A stretch of 64,000 bases of DNA from Eledone cirrhosa. Lineage: Eukaryota. The position numbers and the translations under genes were made by a program. Below the pieces are notes generated by a model. The model was not told the DNA's origin and searched no databases. It saw only the letters and a list, made by a program, of their open reading frames with translations. Below are positions 36,701 to 49,500 of the stretch, in pieces (within the stretch, counting starts at the first letter, position 1; each line of letters opens with the position of its first letter). Location: positions 248,001 through 312,000 of the forward strand of contig OZ024744.1 of the NCBI GenBank assembly GCA_964016885.1, read 5' to 3'.

Positions 36701-39700
36701 TTCACCAAGCTATCTTTCTCTACCTTGTCTTCCCTCAAAACTCCGTTCTTCATCAAGCTATCGTTCTCTACTTTGTCTTCCCTCAAAACGTCGTTCTTCA
36801 CCAAGCTATCTTTCTCTACCTTGTATTCCCTCAACACTTCGTTCGTTCTTCACCAAGCTATCTTTCTCTACCTTGTCTTCCCCCAAAACTACGTTCTTCA
36901 CAAGCTATCTTTCTCTACCTTGTCTTCCCTCAAAACTTCGTTCTTCACCAAGCTATCTTTCTCTACCTTGTCTTCCCTCAAAATTTCGTTCTTCACCAAG
37001 CTATCTTTCTCTACCTTGTCTTCCCTCAAAACTTCGTTCTTCACCAAGCTATCTTTCTCTACCTTGTCTTCCCTCAAAACTTCGTTCTTCACCAAGCTAA
37101 CTTTCTCTACCTTGTCTTCCCTCAAAACTTCGTTCTTCATCAAGCTATCTTTCTCTACCTTGTCTTCCCTCAAAACTTCGTTCTTCACCAAGCTATCTTT
37201 CTCTACCTTGTCTTCCCTCAAAACTTCGTTCTTCACCAAGCTATCTTTCTCTACCTTATCTTCCCTCAAAACTTCGTTCTTCACCAAGCTAACTTTCTCT
37301 ACCTTGTCTTCCCTCAAAACTTCGTTCTTCATCAAACTATCTTTCTCTACCTTGTCTTCCCTCAAAACTTCGTTCTTCACCAAGCTATATTTCTCTACCT
37401 GTTTTTCCCCCAAAACTTCGTTTTTCACCAAACTATCTTTCTCTACCTTGTCTTCCCTCAAAACTTCGTTCTTCACCAAGCTATCTTTCTCTACCTTGTC
37501 TTCCCTCAAAACTCCGTTCTTCATCAAGCTAACTTTCTCTACCTTGTCTTCCCCCAAAACTTCGTTCTTCACAAGCTATCCTTCTCTACCTTGTCTTCCC
37601 TCAAAACTTCGTTCTTGATCAAGCTATCTTTCTCTACCTTGTCTTCCCTCAAAACTTCGTTCTTCATCAAGCTATCTTTCTCTACCTTGTCTTCCCTCAA
37701 AACTTCGTTCTTCACCAAGCTATCTTTCTCTACCTTGTCTTCCCTCAAAACTTCGTTCTTCACCAAGCTATCTTACTCTACCTTGTCTTCCCTCAAAACT
37801 TCGTTCTTCACCAAGCTAACTTTCTCTAACTTGTCTTCCCTCAAAACTTCGTTCTTCATCAAGCTATCTTTCTCTACCTTGTCTTCCCTCAAAACTTCGT
37901 TCTTCACCAAGCTATCTTTCTCTACCTTGTCTTCCCTCAAAACTTCGTTCTTCACCAAGCTATCTTTCTCTACCTTTTTACCCCCCAAAACTTCGTTCTT
38001 CACCAAACTATCTTTCTCTACCTTGTCTTCCCTCAAAACTTCGTTCTTCACCAAGCTATCTTTCTCTACCTTGTCTTCCCTCAAAACTCCGTTCTTCATC
38101 AAGCTATCGTTCTCTACTTTGTCTTCCCTCAAAACGTCGTACTTCACCTAGCTATCCTTCTCTACCTTGTCTTCCCTCAAAACGTCGTTCGTTCTTCACC
38201 AAGCTATCTTTCTCTACCTTGTCTTCCCCCAAAACTTCGTTCTTCACAAGCTATCCTTCTCTACCTTGTCTTCCCTCAAAACTTCGTTCTTGATCAAGCT
38301 ATCTTTCTCTACCTTGTCTTCCCTCAAAACTTTGTTCTTCACCAAGCTATCTTTCTCTACCTTGTCTTCCCTCAAAACTTCGTTCTTCACCAAGCTATCT
38401 TTCTCTACCTTGTCTTCCCTCAAAACTTCGTTCTTCACCAAGCTATCTTTCTCTACCTTGTCTTCCCCCAAAACATCGTTCTTCACCAAGCTATCTTTCT
38501 TTACCTTGTCTTCCCTCAAAACTTCGTTATTCACCAAGCTATCTTTCTCTACCTTGTCTTCCCTCAAAACTTCGTTCTTCATCAAGCTATCGTTCTCTAC
38601 TTTGTCTTCCCTCAAAACGTCGTTCTTCACCAAGCTATCTTTCTCTACCTTGTCTTCCCTCAACACTTCGTTCGTTCTTCACCAAGCTATCTTTCTCTAC
38701 CTTGTCTTCCCCCAAAACTACGTTCTTCACAAGCTATCTTTCTCTACCTTGTCTTCCCTCAAAACTTCGTTCTTCACCAAGCTATCTTTCTCTACCTTGT
38801 CTTCCCTCAAAACTTCGTTCTTCACCAAGCTAACTTTCTCTACCTTGTCTTCCCTCAAAACTTCGTTCTTCATCAAGCTATCTTTCTCTACCTTGTCTTC
38901 CCTCAAAACTTCGTTCTTCACCAAGCTATCTTTCTCTACCTTGTCTTCCCTCAAAACTTCGTTCTTCACCAAGCTATCTTTCTCTACCTTGTCATCCCTC
39001 AAAACTTCGTTCTTCACCAAGCTAACTTTCTCTACCTTGTCTTCCCTCAAAACTTCGTTCTTCATCAAGCTATCTTTCTCTACCTTGTCTTCCCTCAAAA
39101 CTTCGTTCTTCACCAAGCTATATTTCTCTACCTTTTTTCCCCCAAAACTTCGTTCTTCACCAAACTATCTTTCTCTACCTTGTCTTCCCTCAAAACTTCG
39201 TTCTTCACCAAGCTATCTTTCTCTACCTTGTCTTCCCTCAAAACTCCGTTCTTCATCAAGCTATCGTTCTCTACTTTGTCTTCCCTCAAAACGTCGTTCT
39301 TCACCTAGCTATCTTTCTCTACCTTGTCTTCCCTCAAAACGTCGTTCGTTCTTCACCAAGCTATCTTTCTTTACCTTGTCTTCCCCCAAAACTTCGTTCT
39401 TCACAAGCTATCCTTCTCTACCTTGTCTTCCCTCAAAACTTCGTTCTTGATCAAGCTATCTTTCTCTACCTTGTCTTCCCTCAAAACTTCGTTCTTCATC
39501 AAGCTATCTTTCTCTACCTTGTCTTCCCTCAAAACTTCGTTCTTCACCAAGCTATCTTTCTCTACCTTGTCTTCCCTCAAAACTTCGTTCTTCACCAAGC
39601 TATCTTACTCTACCTTGTCTTCCCTCAAAACTTCGTTCTTCACCAAGCTAACTTTCTCTACCTTGTCTTCCCTCAAAACTTCGTTCTTCATCAAGCTATC

Positions 39701-42700
39701 TTTCTCTACCTTGTCTTCCCTCAAAACTTCGTTCTTCACCAAGCTATCTTTCTCTACCTTGTCTTCCCTCAAAACTTCGTTCTTCACCAAGCTATCTTTC
39801 TCTACCTTTTTTCCCCCCAAAACTTCGTTCTTCACCAAACTATCTTTCTCTACCTTGTCTTCCCTCAAAACTTCGTTCTTCACCAAGCTATCTTTCTCTA
39901 CCTTGTCTTCCCTCAAAACTCCGTTCTTCATCAAGCTATCGTTCTCTACTGTGTCTTCCCTCAAAACGTCGTTCTTCACCTAGCTATCTTTCTCTACCTT
40001 GTCTTCCCTCAAAACGTCGTTCGTTCTTCACCAAGCTATCTTTCTCTACCTTGTCTTCCCCCAAAACTTCGTTCTTCACAAGCTATCCTTCTCTACCTTG
40101 TCTTCCCTCAAAACTTCGTTCTTGATCAAGCTATCTTTCTCTACCTTGTCTTCCCTCAAAACTTTGTTCTTCACCAAGCTATCTTTCTCTACCTTGTCTT
40201 CCCTCAAAACTTCGTTCTTCACCAAGCTATCTTTCTCTACCTTGTCTTCCCTCAAAACTTCGTTCTTCACCAAGCTATCTTTCTCTACCTTGTCTTCCCC
40301 CAAAACATCGTTCTTCACCAAGCTATCTTTCTTTACCTTGTCTTCCCTCAAAACTTCGTTATTCACCAAGCTATCTTTCTCTACCTTGTCTTCCCTCAAA
40401 ACTTCGTTCTTCACCAAGCTATCTTTCTCTACCTTGTCTTCCCTCAAAACTTCGTTCTTCACCAAGCTATCTTTCTCTACCTTGTCTTCCCCCAGAACAT
40501 CGTCTTCACCAAGCTATCTTTCTCTACCTTGTCTTCCCTCAAAACATCGTTATTCACCAAGCTATCTTTCTCTACCTTGCCTTCCTGCAAAACTTCGTTC
40601 TTCATCAAGCTATCTTTCTCTACTTTGTCTTCCCTCAAAACATCGTTCGTTCTTCATCAAGCTATCTTTCTCTACCTTGTCTTCCCTCAAGACTTCGTTC
40701 GTCACCAAGCTATCTTTCTCTACATTGTCTTCCCCCAAAACTTCGTTCTTCATCAAGCTATATTTCTCTACCTTGTCTTCCCTCAAAACGTCGTTCTTCA
40801 CCAAGCTATCTTTCTCTACCTTGTCTTCCCACAAAACTTCGTTCTTCATCAAGCTATCTTTCTCTACCTTGTATTCCCTCAAAACGTCGTTCTTCACCAA
40901 GCTATCTTTCTCTACCTTGTCTTCCCACAAAACTTCGTGCTTCATCAAGCTATCTTTCTCTACCTTGTCTTCCCTCAAAACGTCGTTCTTCACCAAGCTA
41001 TCTTTCTCTACCTTGTCTTCCCCCAAAACTTCGTTCTTCACCAAGCTATCTTTCTCTACCTTGTCTACCCCCAAAACTTCGTTCTTCACCAAGCTATCTT
41101 TCTCTACCTTGTCTTCCCACAAAACTTCGTTCTTCACCAAGCTATCTCTCTCTACCTTGTCTTCCCACAAAACGTCGTTCTTCACCAAGCTATCTTTCGC
41201 TACCTTGTCTTCCCTCAAAACGTCGTTCTTCACCAAGCTATCTTTCTCTACCCATTCTTCTCTTAAAACTTCGTTCTTCACCAAGCTCTCTTTCTCTACC
41301 TTGTCTTCCCACAAAACTTCGTTCTTCACCAAGCTATCTTTCTCTACCCTGTCTTCCCCCAAAACTCGTTCCTCACCAAGCTATCTTTCTCTACCTTGTC
41401 TTCCCTCAAAACTTCGTTCTTCACCAAGCTATCTTTCTCTACCTTGTCTTCCCTCAAAACGTCGTTCTTCACCAAGCTATCTTTCTCTACCTTGTCTTCC
41501 CTCAAAACTTCGTTCTTCACCAAGCTATCTTTCCCTACCTTTTTTTCCCCCAAAACTCCGTTCTTCACCAAACTATCTTTCTCTATCTTGTCTTCCCTCA
41601 AAACTCCGTTCTTCATCAAGCTATCGTTCTCTACTTTGTCTTCCCTCGAAACGTCGTTCTTCACCAAGCTATCTTTCTCAACCTTGTCTTCCCTCAATAC
41701 TTCGTTCGTTCTTCATCAAGCTATCTTTCTCTACCTTGTCTTCCCCCAAAACTTCGTTCTTCACAAGCTATCCTTCTCTACCTTGTCTTCCCTCAAAACT
41801 TCGTTCTTCACCAAGCTATCTTTCTCTACCTTGTCTTCCCTCAAAACTTCGTTCTTGATCAAGCTATCTTTCTATTCCTTGTCTTCCCTCAAAACTTCGT
41901 TCTTCACCAAGCTATCTTTCTCTACTTTGTCTTCCCTCAAAACATCGTTCGTTCTTCATCAAGCTATCTTTCTCTACCTTGTCTTCCCTCAAGACTTCGT
42001 TCGTCACCAAGCTATCTTTCTCTACATTGTCTTCCTCCAAAACTTCGTTCTTCATCAAGCTATCTTTCTCTACCTTGTCTTCCCTCAAAACGTCGTTCTT
42101 CACCATGCTATCTTTCTCTACCTTGTCTTCCCACAAAACGTCGTTCTTCACCAAGCTATCTTTCCCTACCTTGTCTTCCCTCAAAACGTCGTTCTTCACC
42201 AAGCTATCTTTCTCTACCCATTCTTCTCTCAAAACTTCGTTCTTCACCAAGCCCTCTTTCTCTACCTTGTCTTCCCTCAAAACTTCGTTCTTCACCAGGC
42301 TATCTTTCTCAACCCTGTCTTCCCCCAAAACTTCGTTCCTCACCAAGCTATCTTTCTCTACCTTGTCTTCCCTCAAAACTTCGTTCTTCACCATGCTATC
42401 TTTCTCTATCTTGTCTTCCCTCAAAACTCCGTTCTTCATCAAGCTATCGTTCTCTACCTTGTCTTCCCTCAAAACTTCGTTCTTCATCAAGCTATCTTTC
42501 TCTACCTTGTCTTCCCTCAAAACTTCGTTCTTCACCAAGCTATCTTTCTCTACCTTGCCTTCCTGCAAAACTTCGTTCTTCACCAAGCTATCTTTCTCTA
42601 CCTTGTCTTCCCTCAAAACTTCGTTCTTCACCAAGCTAACTTTCTCTACCGTGTCTTCCCTCAAAACTTCGTTCTTCATCAAGCTATCTTTCTCTACCTT

Positions 42701-45700
42701 GTCTTCCCTCAAAACTTCGTTCTTCACCAAGCTATATTTCTCTACCTTTTTTTCCCCCAAAACTTCGTTCTTCACCAAACTATCTTTCTCTACCTTGTCT
42801 TCCCTCAAAACTTCGTTCTTCACCAAGCTAACTTTCTCTACCTTGTCTTCCCTCAAAACTTCGTTCTTCATCAAGCTATCTTTCTCTACCTTGTCTTCCC
42901 TCAAAACTTCGTTCTTCACCAAGCTATCTTTCTCTACCTTGTCTTCCCTCAAAACTTCGTTCTTCACCAAGCTATCTTTCTCTACCTTTTTTCCCCCCAA
43001 AACTTCGTTCTTCACCAAACTATCTTTCTCTACCTTGTCTTCCCTCAAAACTTCGTTCTTCACCAAGCTATCTTTCTCTACCTTGTCTTCCCTCAAAACT
43101 CCGTTCTTCATCAAGCTATCGTTCTCTACTTTGTCTACCCTCAAAACGTCGTTCTTCACCTAGCTATCCTTCTCTACCTTGTCTTCCCTCAAAACGTCGT
43201 TCGTTCTTCACCAAGCTATCTTTCTCTACCTTGTCTTCCCCCAAAACTTCGTTCTTCACAAGCTATCCTTCTCTACCTTGTCTTCCCTCAAAACTTCGTT
43301 CTTGATCAAGCTATCTTTCTCTACCTTGTCTTCCCTCAAAACTTTGTTCTTCACCAAGCTATCTTTCTCTACCTTGTCTTCCCTCAAAACTTCGTTCTTC
43401 ACCAAGCTATCTTTCTCTACCTTGTCTTCCCTCAAAACTTCGTTCTTCACCAAGCTATCTTTCTCTACCTTGTCTTCCCCCAAAACATCGTTCTTCACCA
43501 AGCTATCTTTCTCTACCTTGTCTTCCCCCAAAACATCGTTCTTCACCAAGCTATCTTTCTCTACCTTGTCTTCCCTGAAAACTTCGTTATTCACCAAGCT
43601 ATCTTTCTCTACCTTGTCTTCCCTCAAAACTCCGTTCTTCATCAAGCTATCTCTCTCTACCTTGTCTTCCCTCAACACTTCGTTCGTTCTTCACCAAGCT
43701 ATCTTTCTCTACCTTGTCTTCCCTCAACACTTCGTTCGTTCTTCACCAAGCTATCTTTCTCTACCTTGTCTTCCCCCAAAACTACGTTCTTCACAAGCTA
43801 TCTTTCTCTACCTTGTCTTCCCTCAAAACTTCGTTCTTCACCAAGCTATCTTTCTCTACCTTGTCTTCCCTCAAAATTTCGTTCTTCACCAAGCTATCTT
43901 TCTCTACCTTGTCTTCCCTCAAAACTTCGTTCTTCACCAAGCTATCTTTCTCTACCTTGTCTTCCCTCAAAACTTCGTTCTTCACCAAGCTAACTTTCTC
44001 TACCTTGTCTTCCCTCAAAACTTCGTTCTTCATCAAGCTATCTTTCTCTACCTTGTCTTCCCTCAAAACTTCGTTCTTCACCAAGCTATCTTTCTCTACC
44101 TTGTCTTCCCTCAAAACTTCGTTCTTCACCAAGCTATCTTTCTCTACCTTGTCTTCCCTCAAAACTTCGTTCTTCACCAAGCTAACTTTCTCTACCTTGT
44201 CTTCCCTCAAAACTTCGTTCTTCATCAAGCTATCTTTCTCTACCTTGTCTTCCCTCAAAACTTCGTTCTTCACCAAGCTATATTTCTCTACCTGTTTTTC
44301 CCCCAAAACTTCGTTTTTCACCAAACTATCTTTCTCTACCTTGTCTTCCCTCAAAACTTCGTTCTTCACCAAGCTATCTTTCTCTACCTTGTCTTCCCTC
44401 AAAACTCCGTTCTTCATCAAGCTAACTTTCTCTACCTTGTCTTCCCCCAAAACTTCGTTCTTCACAAGCTATCCTTCTCTACCTTGTCTTCCCTCAAAAC
44501 TTCGTTCTTGATCAAGCTATCTTTCTCTACCTTGTCTTCCCTCAAAACTTCGTTCTTCATCAAGCTATCTTTCTCTACCTTGTCTTCCCTCAAAACTTCG
44601 TTCTTCACCAAGCTATCTTTCTCTACCTTGTCTTCCCTCAAAACTTCGTTCTTCACCAAGCTATCTTACTCTACCTTGTCTTCCCTCAAAACTTCGTTCT
44701 TCACCAAGCTAACTTTCTCTACCTTGTCTTCCCTCAAAACTTCGTTCTTCATCAAGCTATCTTTCTCTACCTTGTCTTCCCTCAAAACTTCGTTCTTCAC
44801 CAAGCTATCTTTCTCTACCTTGTCTTCCCTCAAAACTTCGTTCTTCACCAAGCTATCTTTCTCTACCTTTTTTCCCCCCAAAACTTCGTTCTTCACCAAA
44901 CTATCTTTCTCTACCTTGTCTTCCCTCAAAACTTCGTTCTTCACCAAGCTATCTTTCTCTACCTTGTCTTCCCTCAAAACTCCGTTCTTCATCAAGCTAT
45001 CTTTCTCTAGCTTGTCTTCCCTCAAAACTTCGTTCTTCACCAAGCTATCTTTCTCTACTTTGTCTACCCTCAAAACGTCGTTCTTCACCTAGCTATCCTT
45101 CTCTACCTTGTCTTCCCTCAAAACGTCGTTCGTTCTTCACCAAGCTATCTTTCTCTACCTTGTCTTCCCCCAAAACTTCGTTCTTCACAAGCTATCCTTC
45201 TCTACCTTGTCTTCCCTCAAAACTTCGTTCTTGATCAAGCTATCTTTCTCTACCTTGTCTTCCCTCAAAACTTTGTTCTTCACCAAGCTATCTTTCTCTA
45301 CCTTGTCTTCCCTCAAAACTTCGTTCTTCACCAAGCTATCTTTCTCTACCTTGTCTTCCCTCAAAACTTCGTTCTTCACCAAGCTATCTTTCTCTACCTT
45401 GTCTTCCCCCAAAACATCGTTCTTCACCAAGCTATCTTTCTTTACCTTGTCTTCCCTGAAAACTTCGTTATTCACCAAGCTATCTTTCTCTACCTTGTCT
45501 TCCCTCAAAACTCCGTTCTTCATCAAGCTATCGTTCTCTACTTTGTCTTCCCTCAAAACGTCGTTCTTCACCAAGCTATCTTTCTCTACCTTGTCTTCCC
45601 TCAACACTTCGTTCGTTCTTCACCAAGCTATCTTTCTCTACCTTGTCTTCCCCCAAAACTACGTTCTTCACAAGCTATCTTTCTCTACCTTGTCTTCCCT

Positions 45701-46587
45701 CAAAACTTCGTTCTTCACCAAGCTATCTTTCTCTACCTTGTCTTCCCTCAAAATTTCGTTCTTCACCAAGCTATCTTTCTCTACCTTGTCTTCCCTCAAA
45801 ACTTCGTTCTTCACCAAGCTATCTTTCTCTACCTTGTCTTCCCTCAAAACTTCGTTCTTCACCAAGCTAACTTTCTCTACCTTGTCTTCCCTCAAAACTT
45901 CGTTCTTCATCAAGCTATCTTTCTCTACCTTGTCTTCCCTCAAAACTTCGTTCTTCACCAAGCTATCTTTCTCTACCTTGTCTTCCCTCAAAACTTCGTT
46001 CTTCACCAAGCTATCTTTCTCTACCTTGTCTTCCCTCAAAACTTCGTTCTTCACCAAGCTAACTTTCTCTACCTTGTCTTCCCTCAAAACTTCGTTCTTC
46101 ATCAAGCTATCTTTCTCTACCTTGTCTTCCCTCAAAACTTCGTTCTTCACCAAGCTATATTTCTCTACCTGTTTTTCCCCCAAAACTTCGTTTTTCACCA
46201 AACTATCTTTCTCTACCTTGTCTTCCCTCAAAACTTCGTTCTTCACCAAGCTATCTTTCTCTACCTTGTCTTCCCTCAAAACTCCGTTCTTCATCAAGCT
46301 AACTTTCTCTACCTTGTCTTCCCCCAAAACTTCGTTCTTCACAAGCTATCCTTCTCTACCTTGTCTTCCCTCAAAACTTCGTTCTTGATCAAGCTATCTT
46401 TCTCTACCTTGTCTTCCCTCAAAACTTCGTTCTTCATCAAGCTATCTTTCTCTACCTTGTCTTCCCTCAAAACTTCGTTCTTCACCAAGCTATCTTTCTC
46501 TACCTTGTCTTCCCTCAAAACTTCGTTCTTCACCAAGCTATCTTACTCTACCTTGTCTTCCCTCAAAACTTCGTTCTTCACCAAGCT
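33765..46587. repeat. Non-adjacent ~4-kb segmental copy within the array (about 33765-37817 repeated at 42535-46587, offset 8770 bp)
   Basis: ORFs 34409/43179, 34944/43714, 36338/45108 and 37591/46361 are offset by 8770. TACCTTGCCTTCCTGC occurs at 33781 and 42551. Confidence 0.88.
40490..42440. repeat. Locally diverged island of the same 48-bp satellite
   Basis: Dense private variants that I did not see elsewhere in the window: ACCCATTCTTCTCT (~41250, ~42217), CTCGAAACG, CTCAACC, CAATAC, CTATTCC, CCATGCTA, AAGCCCTC and CCAGGC. Confidence 0.8.
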
Positions 46588-49500
46588 ATCTTTCTCTACC
46601 TTTTTTCCCCCCAAAACTTCGTTCTTCACCAAACTATCTTTCTCTACCTTGTCTTCCCTCAAAACTTCGTTCTTCACCAAGCTATCTTTCTCTACCTTGT
46701 CTTCCCTCAAAACTCCGTTCTTCATCAAGCTATCGTTCTCTACTTTGTCTACCCTCAAAACGTCGTTCTTCACCTAGCTATCCTTCTCTACCTTGTCTTC
46801 CCTCAAAACGTCGTTCGTTCTTCACCAAGCTATCTTTCTCTACCTTGTCTTCCCCCAAAACTTCGTTCTTCACAAGCTATCCTTCTCTACCTTGTCTTCC
46901 CTCAAAACTTCGTTCTTGATCAAGCTATCTTTCTCTACCTTGTCTTCCCTCAAAACTTTGTTCTTCACCAAGCTATCTTTCTCTACCTTGTCTTCCCTCA
47001 AAACTTCGTTCTTCACCAAGCTATCTTTCTCTACCTTGTCTTCCCTCAAAACTTCGTTCTTCACCAAGCTATCTTTCTCTACCTTGTCTTCCCCCAAAAC
47101 ATCGTTCTTCACCAAGCTATCTTTCTCTACCTTGTCTTCCCCCAAAACATCGTTCTTCACCAAGCTATCTTTCTCTACCTTGTCTTCCCTGAAAAATTCG
47201 TTATTCACCAAGCTATCTTTCTCTACCTTGTCTTCCCTCAAAACTCCGTTCTTCATCAAGCTATCTCTCTCTACCTTGTCTTCCCTCAACACTTCGTTCG
47301 TTCTTCACCAAGCTATCTTTCTCTACCTTGTCTTCCCTCAACACTTCGTTCGTTCTTCACCAAGCTATCTTTCTCTACCTTGTCTTCCCCCAAAACTACG
47401 TTCTTCACAAGCTATCTTTCTCTACCTTGTCTTCCCTCAAAACTTCGTTCTTCACCAAGCTATCTTTCTCTACCTTGTCTTCCCTCAAAATTTCGTTCTT
47501 CACCAAGCTATCTTTCTCTACCTTGTCTTCCCTCAAAACTTCGTTCTTCACCAAGCTATCTTTCTCTACCTTGTCTTCCCTCAAAACTTCGTTCTTCACC
47601 AAGCTAACTTTCTCTACCTTGTCTTCCCTCAAAACTTCGTTCTTCATCAAGCTATCTTTCTCTACCTTGTCTTCCCTCAAAACTTCGTTCTTCACCAAGC
47701 TATCTTTCTCTACCTTGTCTTCCCTCAAAACTTCGTTCTTCACCAAGCTATCTTTCTCTACCTTGTCTTCCCTCAAAACTTCGTTCTTCACCAAGCTAAC
47801 TTTCTCTACCTTGTCTTCCCTCAAAACTTCGTTCTTCATCAAGCTATCTTTCTCTACCTTGTCTTCCCTCAAAACTTCGTTCTTCACCAAGCTATATTTC
47901 TCTACCTGTTTTTCCCCCAAAACTTCGTTTTTCACCAAACTATCTTTCTCTACCTTGTCTTCCCTCAAAACTTCGTTCTTCACCAAGCTATCTTTCTCTA
48001 CCTTGTCTTCCCTCAAAACTCCGTTCTTCATCAAGCTAACTTTCTCCACCTTGTCTTCCCCCAAAACTTCGTTCTTCACAAGCTATCCTTCTCTACCTTG
48101 TCTTCCCTCAAAACTTCGTTCTTGATCAAGCTATCTTTCTCTACCTTGTCTTCCCTCAAAACTTCGTTCTTCATCAAGCTATCTTTCTCTACCTTGTCTT
48201 CCCTCAAAACTTCGTTCTTCACCAAGCTATCTTTCTCTACCTTGTCTTCCCTCAAAACTTCGTTCTTCACCAAGCTATCTTACTCTACCTTGTCTTCCCT
48301 CAAAACTTCGTTCTTCACCAAGCTAACTTTCTCTACCTTGTCTTCCCTCAAAACTTCGTTCTTCATCAAGCTATCTTTCTCTACCTTGTCTTCCCTCAAA
48401 ACTTCGTTCTTCACCAAGCTATCTTTCTCTACCTTGTCTTCCCTCAAAACTTCGTTCTTCACCAAGCTATCTTTCTCTACCTTTTTTCCCCCCAAAACTT
48501 CGTTCTTCACCAAACTATCTTTCTCTACCTTGTCTTCCCTCAAAACTTCGTTCTTCACCAAGCTATCTTTCTCTACCTTGTCTTCCCTCAAAACTCCGTT
48601 CTTCATCAAGCTATCTTTCTCTAGCTTGTCTTCCCTCAAAACTTCGTTCTTCACCAAGCTATCTTTCTCTACTTTGTCTACCCTCAAAACGTCGTTCTTC
48701 ACCTAGCTATCCTTCTCTACCTTGTCTTCCCTCAAAACGTCGTTCGTTCTTCACCAAGCTATCTTTCTCTACCTTGTCTTCCCCCAAAACTTCGTTCTTC
48801 ACAAGCTATCCTTCTCTACCTTGTCTTCCCTCAAAACTTCGTTCTTGATCAAGCTATCTTTCTCTACCTTGTCTTCCCTCAAAACTTTGTTCTTCACCAA
48901 GCTATCTTTCTCTACCTTGTCTTCCCTCAAAACTTCGTTCTTCACCAAGCTATCTTTCTCTACCTTGTCTTCCCTCAAAACTTCGTTCTTCACCAAGCTA
49001 TCTTTCTCTACCTTGTCTTCCCCCAAAACATCGTTCTTCACCAAGCTATCTTTCTTTACCTTGTCTTCCCTGAAAACTTCGTTATTCACCAAGCTATCTT
49101 TCTCTACCTTGTCTTCCCTCAAAACTCCGTTCTTCATCAAGCTATCGTTCTCTACTTTGTCTTCCCTCAAAACGTCGTTCTTCACCAAGCTATCTTTCTC
49201 TACCTTGTCTTCCCTCAAAACTTCGTTCTTCACCAAGCTATCTTTCTCTACCTTGTCTTCCCTCAAAACTTCGTTCTTCACCAAGCTAACTTTCTCTACC
49301 TTGTCTTCCCTCAAAACTTCGTTCTTCATCAAGCTATCTTTCTCTACCTTGTCTTCCCTCAAAACTTCGTTCTTCACCAAGCTATCTTTCTCTACCTTGT
49401 CTTCCCTCAAAACTTCGTTCTTCACCAAGCTATCTTTCTCTACCTTGTCTTCCCTCAAAACTTCGTTCTTCACCAAGCTAACTTTCTCTACCTTGTCTTC

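Noticed and set aside
1055-41370. Singleton 1-bp indels (~1058, 11162, 21527, 21931, 39135, 40503, 41366) as programmed frameshifts
   Set aside because: They are not shared between duplicate copies and lie mostly in or beside homopolymers, so they are consistent with sequencing/consensus error or private mutation.
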